Origin: Basidiobolus meristosporus CBS 931.73
Lineage: Eukaryota > Fungi > Basidiobolomycota
Direction of reading: 5' to 3'
DNA length: 64,000 bases
NCBI GenBank assembly: GCA_002104905.1
Contig: MCFE01000015.1
Location: 124,001-188,000 of the forward strand
In this document: in pieces, positions 23,912 to 33,600 of the stretch
Layout: the number at the start of each line of letters is the position of its first letter
Position numbering within the stretch: position 1 is the first letter of the stretch
Made by a program: the position numbers and the translations under genes
Notes under the pieces: model-generated
Told to the model about the DNA's origin: nothing
Seen by the model: the letters and a program-made list of their open reading frames with translations, nothing else
Databases searched by the model: none

Positions 23912-24868
23912 ATGAATGTTGCTCGCTCGCCACCTATTTCATACCCCCAACGTGTGTCTTCCCTTCAACACCTTCATCTCGAGTTGAACAAAGAGCGACT
24001 CTCGTTGCTAGACGAAATCAACGAACTTAAAAGAATCAGTTTATCCCAGACAACTCGAAATGCCAGAATCACGGAAAGTGGTACTTATGTCGAGGAAAGG
24101 GCGGGGGTATGCAACAGCAGAACTAACAGCCCAAGATACTTGTCGAACGCCTCACCCATAATGGAGGAAACGGGCGAACTCAGCGAAGACGTAGATAGCT
24201 TCAATACTCGTAGTGATGAGAGTATCCATGTAAACATGTACATCCCTTATCCAATTCCCAAGAATAATGGCATCTCCCCGTACTCGAGGATCCAGCCCTC
24301 AATGGCTGATGACAGCCCTGTCTTCAAAGGCACTCTTTACAAGTTAGGGAGAAACCGCCAGTGGCAGGAGCGCGAATTCCGCACCGATGGATTTCTTCTT
24401 GTTTGCCTAACGACCAAGAAGATTAAAGTCAATCCAGGTAGTGTGTTGTTGGCCAGCTACACCACCGCAGAAGATCCCGAGCTGCTTGCCCATTTCTACC
24501 CGACTAGTCCACCATTACCTCGTATATCACACCCCCTGATCGCAACTGCTTGCATAGGGGGGAAAACCCCCGATCATGGTCAATACGTTGACTTTTATCA
24601 GCCACCGAAGTGGATCATTCCTCTGAGTGATGTGTTAGAGGTGACCTTATTGACACGTAACCGCTACAAGATGAAAAAATGCTTTGTAATCCACACATCA
24701 GAACGGAAGTACATCCTTCGAGCACGAACTGAGATGGAAACCAACTGTTGGCTCTATCTACTAAGACGCACGCTCCTTAGCCAGTTGCCAAGTTTATCGA
24801 ACTACGGCTCGTCTGGTTCCTCCAATCTTCGCCTCTCACAGCTTCCCTGCAACGAGAGCAGGAATTGA
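23912..24868 (+). CDS. Intronless PH-domain protein
   Basis: FKGTLYKLGRNRQWQEREF...IPLSDVLEV...CFVIHTSERKYILRARTEMETNCWLYLLRR is a PH fold. Short N-terminal coiled coil. Confidence 0.8.
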   Translation: MNVARSPPISYPQRVSSLQHLHLELNKERLSLLDEINELKRISLSQTTRNARITESGTYVEERAGVCNSRTNSPRYLSNASPIMEETGELSEDVDSFNTRSDESIHVNMYIPYPIPKNNGISPYSRIQPSMADDSPVFKGTLYKLGRNRQWQEREFRTDGFLLVCLTTKKIKVNPGSVLLASYTTAEDPELLAHFYPTSPPLPRISHPLIATACIGGKTPDHGQYVDFYQPPKWIIPLSDVLEVTLLTRNRYKMKKCFVIHTSERKYILRARTEMETNCWLYLLRRTLLSQLPSLSNYGSSGSSNLRLSQLPCNESRN

Positions 24869-25128
24869 TTCGTAGTCTGTGGAACGTCCTATGTACTATT
24901 TAATAGACCTTGTATACGTAATTGATGAATAACAGGTACCCAGCCTGTAGCGTTCATCGAGGCAGCTTCGGTTCCATGTACATAGCACTCAGCATTGTAT
25001 TAAAATGGCTTTATTATTAGTGAGAATGAATGCATTCTTTACAAGCTAGTAAAAGTTGGTTTTATCTAAATCAAAGATGTATCTACGTATATTCATCGGA
25101 TTGTGCTGGAGTGGTTTTCGCCTTGGCC

Positions 25129-26403
25129 TTAAAGCTTTACATACCACTTCTTGTAGTCCATCAGGTATGCGATTGGCACGTACACAAGGAGGGCCCACAC
25201 AAGAGACCATATCAAGCTAGCAAGATGGGCAGGCAGCCAGGAAGCAAAAACCACGCTATATATCACATTGTATAGGTTTGACATCCCATTACGGCTTCCA
25301 TGTCCGCTGTAGGGAACGGGTATGGAGAAGAAGATGCTGGCGAGGTTCTCCGAGAGCACATACAGGAACAGCGGATTCTTACCAACCACTACAAACATAT
25401 TGAAAAGGTGGGCTATAGGGCGGATCGGAGATTGCAGGAGATTCTTAATATCGATCAAGAAGATGAAGATAGCCAGCAAAAGGATGGATATGCCGCCAGT
25501 CAGCAGAACAAAGGTTGGTGTCCACAGCGGCTTGGAAATGGGAATCCCGGTATGAATGAATATGGCAAGCACGATTCCAATCAAGGCGATCATGGTGTAA
25601 TGGCACACCCTCTTGTACCGGAAAGATTTTTCACTGAACTCGGTGCGATGTTTGACAACGTCAATGCCAACCATCATGCCTATCCAGCAATTGATGCATG
25701 AGGTGATGGTGGATAGCGAACCTTCTGGGTCAAACGGTAGCTGCTGGTATGTATGAGAAAGCCCGAAGATATTGGTATCGAAGTAGCTTTCAGCAGAGCA
25801 TTCGATGGTGAGAATGCCATGCCCACAGCCTGGAACGTTCACTCCGTAAGTCAATGCCAGCCACAACAGCAGGGCACTCAAGGGGAATCCGTATCTGAGG
25901 TAAAGATACTGATAGCGGTTTTTTTCTTGATGACAGGTGATGTAGAGCGCCGTGAGCACCAGATAACAGATTGCCAGCCTTTGGAGCACCCCAGGGATTC
26001 TCAGAACTCTTGGGAAATCGGGGGAACTGAAAGGAAAGAGGTTCACCCATAAACCAATCAAGAAGATCAATACAAACCGTTTGACAACCTTGATCCATAA
26101 CCTCTTTCCCTCTAGCTTGCCCCGGTTGGCAGCCATAGCCAACGGGATGGCTAATCCCATAATGAAGACAAAATTGGGAAAGATCGCATCAGCCAAGGTA
26201 AAGCCAAACCATTCGGGATGCTCCATGATAGGAAACGGCTCGGGCTGGTAGTTGACCATGATCATGAAAATGATGGTGAACCCACGACAAACATCCAACG
26301 AAACCAGGCGACCACTTTTTTTAGGTTGCCCAATCGTCTCTTGATTGATTTCGACGCTCGTTTGCTGTGGGTCTTTCCGGTCAAGACTAGCAGGATTATC
26401 CAT
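25129..26403 (-). CDS. HGSNAT/NagX-like (DUF1624/DUF5009) multi-pass membrane acetyltransferase, intronless, 424 aa
   Basis: RLVSLDVCRG.TI..MI.VN, HPEWFGFTLADAIFP.F.FIMG, RIPGVLQRLA, PFDPEG.LS, PISKPLWT..FVL, GKNPLFLY. About 10-11 hydrophobic segments. Confidence 0.9.
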   Translation of the reverse strand: MDNPASLDRKDPQQTSVEINQETIGQPKKSGRLVSLDVCRGFTIIFMIMVNYQPEPFPIMEHPEWFGFTLADAIFPNFVFIMGLAIPLAMAANRGKLEGKRLWIKVVKRFVLIFLIGLWVNLFPFSSPDFPRVLRIPGVLQRLAICYLVLTALYITCHQEKNRYQYLYLRYGFPLSALLLWLALTYGVNVPGCGHGILTIECSAESYFDTNIFGLSHTYQQLPFDPEGSLSTITSCINCWIGMMVGIDVVKHRTEFSEKSFRYKRVCHYTMIALIGIVLAIFIHTGIPISKPLWTPTFVLLTGGISILLLAIFIFLIDIKNLLQSPIRPIAHLFNMFVVVGKNPLFLYVLSENLASIFFSIPVPYSGHGSRNGMSNLYNVIYSVVFASWLPAHLASLIWSLVWALLVYVPIAYLMDYKKWYVKL

Positions 26404-26524
26404 CTTGTACGATTTGAAGCGGAAAGGGAAGTTATTTACAATTAGGAGCGTTGAATGGGATGATTCAGCCCATTTATTGAGTTCTAGGCAGAACCTCTGT
26501 TTGTTAATCCCCCGTAGGTCACTG

Positions 26525-26614
26525 CATTACATAGCATCATAGCCTATAGTATCATTACATAGCATCATAGCCTATAGTACCATTACATAGCATCATAGCC
26601 TATAGTAACATTAC
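26525..26614. repeat. 28-bp tandem repeat, ~3.2 copies (CATTACATAGCATCATAGCCTATAGTAN)
   Basis: Units at 26525, 26553, 26581 and a partial unit at 26609. Only the last base of each unit differs. Confidence 0.95.
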
Positions 26615-26756
26615 TGTTTAATCTCCGTCTCAATCCGTTTCAATCCCTTCTGTGCAGCGCTTTCTGGAGAAGGAAATTTCCCTTAATCCTTCCCTGGATC
26701 CACCAGGTATAAATATCGAATATCGACAATAACACCAGCCATCCTCAAATAAGGCA

Positions 26757-26915
26757 ATGCTCCTTAAGACATACACCTCCGCGATTTTCTGCTTGGTTTC
26801 ACTTTACAGCCATGTTACGGCCATTGGCATTCCCGTCAGACAACCCGGTGGGAATAAGAACCCGAGCCCTGCAGTTGACGACAATGCATCCATGCCTCAC
26901 GACCCCCCTAACTAG
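26757..26915 (+). CDS. Candidate small secreted peptide, 52 aa
   Basis: MLLKTYTSAIFCLVSLYSHVTA-IGIPVRQPGGNKNPSPAVDDNASMPHDPPN. Signal-peptide-like N-terminus; TATAAA at ~26708. Confidence 0.5.
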   Translation: MLLKTYTSAIFCLVSLYSHVTAIGIPVRQPGGNKNPSPAVDDNASMPHDPPN

Positions 26916-27173
26916 CCATCTTCCATGATATTTAATTCCAATTATGCCACTTATGCCACCTATGCCCAAACATACTCCTTTTGATTAGGATGCCTATTGG
27001 TCAGCAAGATCTTTCAATAAATCATTAAAAATTTTTGATGGAATTGAGAACTGGTCGAGAAATTTTCTCGTTACTTTGATATCCCCACTAGTTGCCCCCA
27101 GTCATTACTGTTTGTCTGACTTTCAACTTTTATTCGCCAAAGGGGGTCATTCAGGTCACATACGTTAGAAAGC

Positions 27174-27719
27174 ATGCTTAGCATTGTCAGAAACTTCTCC
27201 AGACTCTCGGTCCAAACCAGCCGCACTTTGACACCCGTGCTCTCGAGCACCAGCAACACTCAGGTGTTGTTGGGTTGCCGCAAACCTTTCGGCTCACCAT
27301 TCCAGCCATATCAACCCATCCAGGTCTGCGCCATGTCCACCCTAAACCAAGTGATTCGCGGGTGCCGCAAGCAAAAGAGCAAGCTGTCCAAGTCCCCTGC
27401 TTTAGAAAAGTCGCCACAGCGCAAGGGTGTGTGTACCAAGGTCTACACCACCAAGCCCAAGAAACCCAATTCTGCGCAACGTAAGGTTGCTCGTGTTAGA
27501 CTTACCACCGGAAAGACCATTATCGCGTATATTCCTGGTGAGGGACACAACTTGCAGGAGCATAGTGTTGTACTAGTTCGCGGTGGAAAGGTTCCCGATT
27601 TGCCAGGTGTAAAATATCATATTATCCGTGGTGCCTTGGATTGCCAAGGTGTTCCCAATAGAACTACCTCCAGATCCAAGTATGGTACAAGAAAGCCCGC
27701 TGAAAAGAAGGAGAAATAA
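27174..27719 (+). CDS. MRPS12: Mitochondrial ribosomal protein uS12m with N-terminal presequence
   Basis: [42 protein letters not shown]. About 55-aa Ser/Arg-rich, acid-free N-terminal extension. Confidence 0.95.
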   Translation: MLSIVRNFSRLSVQTSRTLTPVLSSTSNTQVLLGCRKPFGSPFQPYQPIQVCAMSTLNQVIRGCRKQKSKLSKSPALEKSPQRKGVCTKVYTTKPKKPNSAQRKVARVRLTTGKTIIAYIPGEGHNLQEHSVVLVRGGKVPDLPGVKYHIIRGALDCQGVPNRTTSRSKYGTRKPAEKKEK

Positions 27720-27907
27720 GCCCAATCTCCACACTACATTCATGCACTCATTTACAATCAATAAACCATATTCATTCATAGTACGCTTCACCTATACTGT
27801 AACTAGAGGACTTCAGATAAAACCTGTGGCGGTTAAGCGATGCGACTAATTTAAACAATCTAACTTAGCTAGACCAACATGGATTTTATTTAAACAATCT
27901 AAATCAA

Positions 27908-28835
27908 CTAGACCACCTTAGATTTTTTGCCGTAGGTCCTTTTGGCAAAATCCTTGAACAAGAAGGTGAGTGGGATAACATAGCTAGCGTTCAAATACAC
28001 CGCCCAACGACCCTCGTCACTTGTTAAACAGTCATCCACAAACAAGTAGCTAAGGGCTAGACTGATTCCAATCACAAATTGGGTGATTTGCATGGAGGTT
28101 AGGTATTTCTTACCCGGAGGGGAATATCCCAGACAGGTTAGTATGTAGTAGAAATACATGATGGTATGAATGAATGAATTAAATACAACGAAGATCCATA
28201 TAGGCGTGGCACTATGGAGGGTCCCATACCACATGGTGATGATTGCCCCGGCATGATGGAAGGTCTGAAGAAAGGAAGAGCGGCGGCCTTGACATGGAAA
28301 ACAGTGAGCGTCGGTGCACAATTGGACGGGCCTATTACATATATTTACCTTTGGCCAAGATGATGATGGTATCGATGATCTCATAGTATTTCGATAGATA
28401 AAACAGCCAACCCCAGTATTGCAAATCCGATTCCCATACTTTACCACCACGATCACAAAACTACACACCATACAGAGCATTTAGTAACGACCCGGTCGCC
28501 AAAACATGCAGCCAAGGACCTACCGCATCCATGAAGTTGCGAGAGCGGAAGTTTTGGAGCCAAGCACCTCCCATGTTGTAGAAAGTAATCCCAGAGAACA
28601 AACAGAGGACAAGGTTGTGGAATACAATGAATGCTGTGAACAGGCGCGAGCTTTTCTTCGCTGGGGCTTTGTGTGGTTGCTTGCCACTCTTGGCGACCAC
28701 TCTTGATACACCGGAAGTCTGAGGATTCAGAGCAGAGATAACGAGGACGTACACCAAAGCCGTGATGACTGGTGTTTTCCAGTACATGAAGAAATCGTAG
28801 TATTGCCCGAGAGGGAACTCTTCAGAATTTGACAT
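27908..28835 (-). CDS. GNS1/SUR4 (ELO) fatty-acid elongase, 3 exons
   Basis: Exons 28835-28524, 28460-28349, 28287-27908. Motifs YLSKYYEIIDT, FLQTFHH, NSFIHTIMYFYY, TSMQITQF and C-terminal KKSKVV. Confidence 0.92.
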
Positions 28836-29412
28836 TCTTGCAGGTCAACGTTGAGAATGTGGTAAAGAGGATGGAAAGAAATGGCCCGCACCTAGGAAAT
28901 TTAAATGATCTGGCTTATCGAGAAAAAGATGGATCCATCGGCAACGGGATTCTATTTTCTGGCCAGTCATCATGGAGTTTTGAAAGCCTTGAACCATTCC
29001 CCAACCCTCATTCAAGGGTTTCGAGGGTGCAATGAGTGCAATGGTGGCAATGTGTTTTTCAAAGCTTATCTTCCACCATTCAACACTGGTGTAACTAAGA
29101 ATCGACTTTTAAGCTGCTGTATCACTCGTCTGACAAAGCACTGGCGAATTAGACTACTCTTGCTTATTTTAAATATTGCTTATGACTGCTGAAGCATTGT
29201 ATATGGTGGCAATTAATGATTGGACTAACCGGGTTGTAAGAGGATGCAATACATGATTTACACTAGTCGTATCCTAAACATATACAATACTTGATTTTTT
29301 ACACTAGTTATATCCTAAACACAAATTTAAACACGTACAATAATAATCATGATACACTTGTATATGGATGTGATTTGAGATTAATGCCTGGATTATACTG
29401 CTTCCTTGGAGG

Positions 29413-30406
29413 ATGAAGGCGAAGAATGTCGTGGACTTTGCTGCATTGTTTTCTGGTCTGTTCGGATTAACCTCTGTGATATATGGTTATCTCAAATACG
29501 GCAGAAAACTCTTACGTATACAACAAACTCCACTCATTAGCACAAAGGATGATTTATTAGAGGCTTTGGAAGAATTGAATACTGGTTGGCTAAAGGGTGG
29601 ATACTTTAAGGTTAGAAATTCCACCAGCACCCGACTCGAAGAGAGATAGTGCAGTCCGATTTTACTGTGGGCAATTTTAAACGGGAGATCAGCCATTATT
29701 TGTTGACAGGTTTTTAGATTGTAGGAATCGCGGAAGCTCGAAAACCTATCACAGCAGGCTTGTCTGGCCATGACACCGTTTATACCAAAATTAGATACCT
29801 TAGGATGATAAAACGGAAGAGAATGTCCATTTGGAGGCCTCAAACTGTTTTAAAACAGGTATTTCCATTGGATTCAGTGGATCCTTCGATTGTGCTAACT
29901 GTAGAATTGAATAGGAATTCCAAGACGAAATATCGCAAACCCCTTGGCTATGTCGTCTATCAGACGGCACTGCAGTAACTGTCCTTGGGAAAGGTGCAGA
30001 ATACATTCTTGAAAAAACCGTCACTGAAACTTATGTATTCCCCATCTTTAATAATCCTGTCCAGCATTACAGCGTCTAAATATTTCTACTTTAGACCCAA
30101 GAGAGTATACTTCGAGCAAATATGCCTGTTTTAATACTTGGCTATCTGTGTTCTCCACAGCCTGGTGTTTTCCAAATCCGCAAGCCATATATACGGTGGT
30201 TCCTCATATCTGGAAATGATGAAGCTACTCTGGTGCGAAACTTCAGATTTTGGTGGCATTTCTGGAATATTATCGGAGCAGGGTTTCTACTGGGTTCATG
30301 CACCTTTTATCTGTTCAGCTGGGATCAAGCAATATATAAGCAGAGGGCACTGCTCGATTCTGAACAACTTTTTGACGAGTGGATTAATGATAGGCAGTTT
30401 CGCTAA
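29413..30406 (+). CDS. MUL1/MAPL/SP1-like protein (TM-GIDE-TM) with no RING finger, 4 exons, ~256 aa
   Basis: Exons 29413-29610, 29718-29858, 29915-30034, 30095-30406. The order of an N-terminal TM, GYFKIVGIAEARKPI, TPW.C...DGT.V.V, ESILRANMPVLILGYL, FLISGNDEATLVR and a second TM follows my recollection of the MUL1 GIDE layout. Confidence 0.6.
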
Positions 30407-30694
30407 CTGTGGCCAATAACATCTAGCATAAGTGGGTCAGCAACATTTAGCCAGAATTGAACCAGAGTAGTTGCTACATAACTCAAAGCATGAATGAAAT
30501 AATTAAACCAATAGGATGAAAAAAAGAAAAAAACCGAGACGTTTTTTTAGTTTGTTTACGCTTCGGGGAAACCCCACGTGATCAGGATTTGTTCTGGCAA
30601 AAATTACGTGAACATATCTGGCAAGGAAAACTTTCGCGTACGCCGCTATCTTTGCTTTCATCCTTCTCCTCTTTTTGGCACTCAAGGTATCATA

Positions 30695-33600
30695 ATGGCG
30701 GTGCCATACTGGAAGCCAGACACCTTCGAAAATCTTCACAATCTCATTTGTGAAATATACACTTCGCCCAGCGAAGCCAATCTCAATGAACTAAGAGTCG
30801 ATTTAGATCGGTACAAGCAAGACTTTACAAACCTCCTTGACGATTTGCCTAAAAATTCAGATCATAGATGTAACTTGCAAAAAGGTTTGGTATAGCCCTA
30901 TACATACTTAAAGGACAAGCATTAACGGTAATACGTTCCTATTTGATAGGAAAGCCTGTAATCAACAATGTTACACATAATGTCAACGATCAATTTGTTT
31001 CCGAAGCAATCAGCCTTTCAGATGAACTTTGCGTGGACGAATATTTCGCAGCCACCTTATTGCAGTTTGGAATGCAGCTTCGTTCTCGTTTCGATCGGAC
31101 AGCCGCTGAAACTGCTATCTTGTTGTACCATTCCGAGCGTATTTATCTTTTGAATTGCCTCAACCTCATCATAAAGGGCGCTTACGACGAGGGTCTCGCT
31201 GTCGAGGTCCGTAGTCTATTCGAAGAGTACACAACAACCCTTGTTTTCTCAACCGTGAAGAAACAAACTTCGACCTCGAGCATTACATACGCCCAGAAGA
31301 TATTGGAAACAATTGAAAGCCTCAAGTCCAACGTTGCTCTCTTGAAGGAACACGGAAGCATGAGCGGTAACAACACCGCCCAGAAAGCCATTGCCTTATC
31401 AGAAGATTGTATCAAAGAGAGAGTGGAGAAATTTTCCGATGAGCGTAAAGAGCTCGCACATATCCTCTTTCTGATTTCCTATCAACGTCAGTTGGATTCT
31501 GAAGAGATCATGGCCGTCGCGGAGAACTTGTACAAAGCCAACCTCACTGACTCAATCTCCTACTATCTCGTTCCTACCTTATTGGCCTCTATTGACTCTG
31601 CACCAGAACATGTCATGGCTTTTGGCGTCGAGCAGCAGAGATATATCTCAAATTCTAATAATATCGACTTCTTGAAAAAGTTCAACGCCTTGATTACCAA
31701 GAACGATTGGGTCTCACAGCCATTGAAGGGGGTTATCCTTCTGCAATGGTCATTGTACTTATCTTCTCTGTTTACCAAGTCTCCAAGCCTTGAGCAGCAA
31801 CTCGGGTTTGGTGAGGAGAAGGTTGAGCATATGGCCGAGAATGCCATTTCCCTGAATGCATTCACTTTCTTGAAAGAAAAGATACTCTGCTTCAAGGACG
31901 AAGCTAAAGCTACCCAAACTTCCTCGGAGAATTCCGCCATGACTGGAGTTACATTCGCCAGTATTACCAGCGAGATTAATGCAGCTAACTCTCGTCAAGT
32001 CTCTGACACCCCTGAAATAGATGAGGATTTCCAGTGGTATATCTTGCATCAGTTGGATTTGATGGTTACTACCTTCATCTCTACCTTGTCCGGAGTTTTG
32101 AGAAGACTGAAGAACCGCGAGGATGATATTTCTTTTGCATCCCACGGGCCTAGTGACCAACCTAACAGAAACGATCTTCAGATGTTCTTCGAGTTGGTCT
32201 CTAGCATCTACAAGGATCGTGCGGATGCTGGATTGAAATTCTGGGAAGGGCCTGATGATAGATTGTTTGCCTTTTTGAAATGGGCTGCAGACTGTAAGGC
32301 ATCGGAATTGGTCCGTGCTGCATTCGAAATGTTTGCTTCATTGGCTACCGGTCCCAAGTCTAGCCAGTATGCTTACGACTTCTTGAATAGCGGAGGCGGT
32401 CGTCACCCCAACCTCATGCAAAGCAGTAATCACACAACCAACTTATGCTCATGGAATGCTCTCTTCGGCGCGCTAGAGTTCTATAGTACTAATTTGGTTC
32501 CTACCCAGAATGTTGCTTCTGGAATGACCCCACCTGCACAAATCCAACCCGAGGAAGCCACCCTTTTGAAGTCTTTCCTCCGCCTCTTGCGTCAAATCGT
32601 CAAATATTCATCGATCGCGAGAACTACACTCTACGAAAACCAGCAATACAAGCCTATGAACACCTTGTTCAACTTGCTAAGATGCCCCGTCCCGACCGAT
32701 CTCAAGGCTGCTCTGCTCGAAACAATTGCGGCATTCTGCTCTCCAATCAGTAGCAATGGCCCGCAGATTGCTCGACAAACGTGGGTTACCCTAGAGCAAT
32801 CCCAGCTGCTCCAGACCGTTAGAAGCACTACATCCCAAAATGGCACCCAGTTCCCTTCCGTTGAAGGAGGACAGTTTACTAATGTTAGAAATCTTGGTCA
32901 AAGCAGTTTTGGACCCTCTAATGCCGCTCGTAAAGAGGGCGAAGGTATCCGGACTGAGCTTGAGGAAATCGAGTCAGCTAAAGAGACATATCCCGAAACT
33001 CTCGCTTTCCTCAACCTACTCAATACGCTGATCTACACCCCTGGAAAGAATTCCGCTTATCGCTCTGGATTTGGAATCATTTCTCCCACCATCCCCGACA
33101 ACCTTGGATCCGGCTATCGCGCCCCTGGTATCAATCCATATATCAATTTTGTCCTGGACCATGTCTTGCTCAAGGCTCACAATCGCAGTTATATCCACCC
33201 TGAAGAAAAGTGGGCTGTTATTGAAGCCTCGTTGAAATTAGTGGAGAAGTGTTTGATCACTTTCGACATTAAGAGTATTCTAATCGAAAGTGTAGTACCC
33301 GGACCCAGCGGAGAGGAACTGTCCAAGTCAGTAACCGCTGTGAACAACAAGTCCACCTCTCAAACTCAGGCCGCCTTGTCACTAGCCACGCACCCTGGCT
33401 TTGAGATCATGGCACGTATTCTATGCGGCTCTAAGCTTCTGGAAGAAATATGCAGAATCTTGGCTTTTGGGGTCGATGCCGTCAATCAAAACACTTTCAA
33501 GACTCCAGCATTTAAGCTATGCGCTTTGCATAGTCTGAGAATCCTACTCCGTGTCATGCAGATTCAAGATGTTTTCTTGAGTGTACTTGTTCCAATCATC

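Noticed and set aside
25300-26052. Plus-strand ORFs overlapping the HGSNAT-like gene
   Set aside because: Antisense shadows with no recognisable motifs.
26525-26614. CRISPR-like array
   Set aside because: The 28-bp units are directly adjacent with no spacers, there are no cas genes and the context is eukaryotic.
27174-27719. Bacterial-looking intronless rpsL as contamination or HGT
   Set aside because: It carries a typical mitochondrial presequence and sits among spliceosomal-intron genes, so it is an ordinary nuclear-encoded MRPS12.
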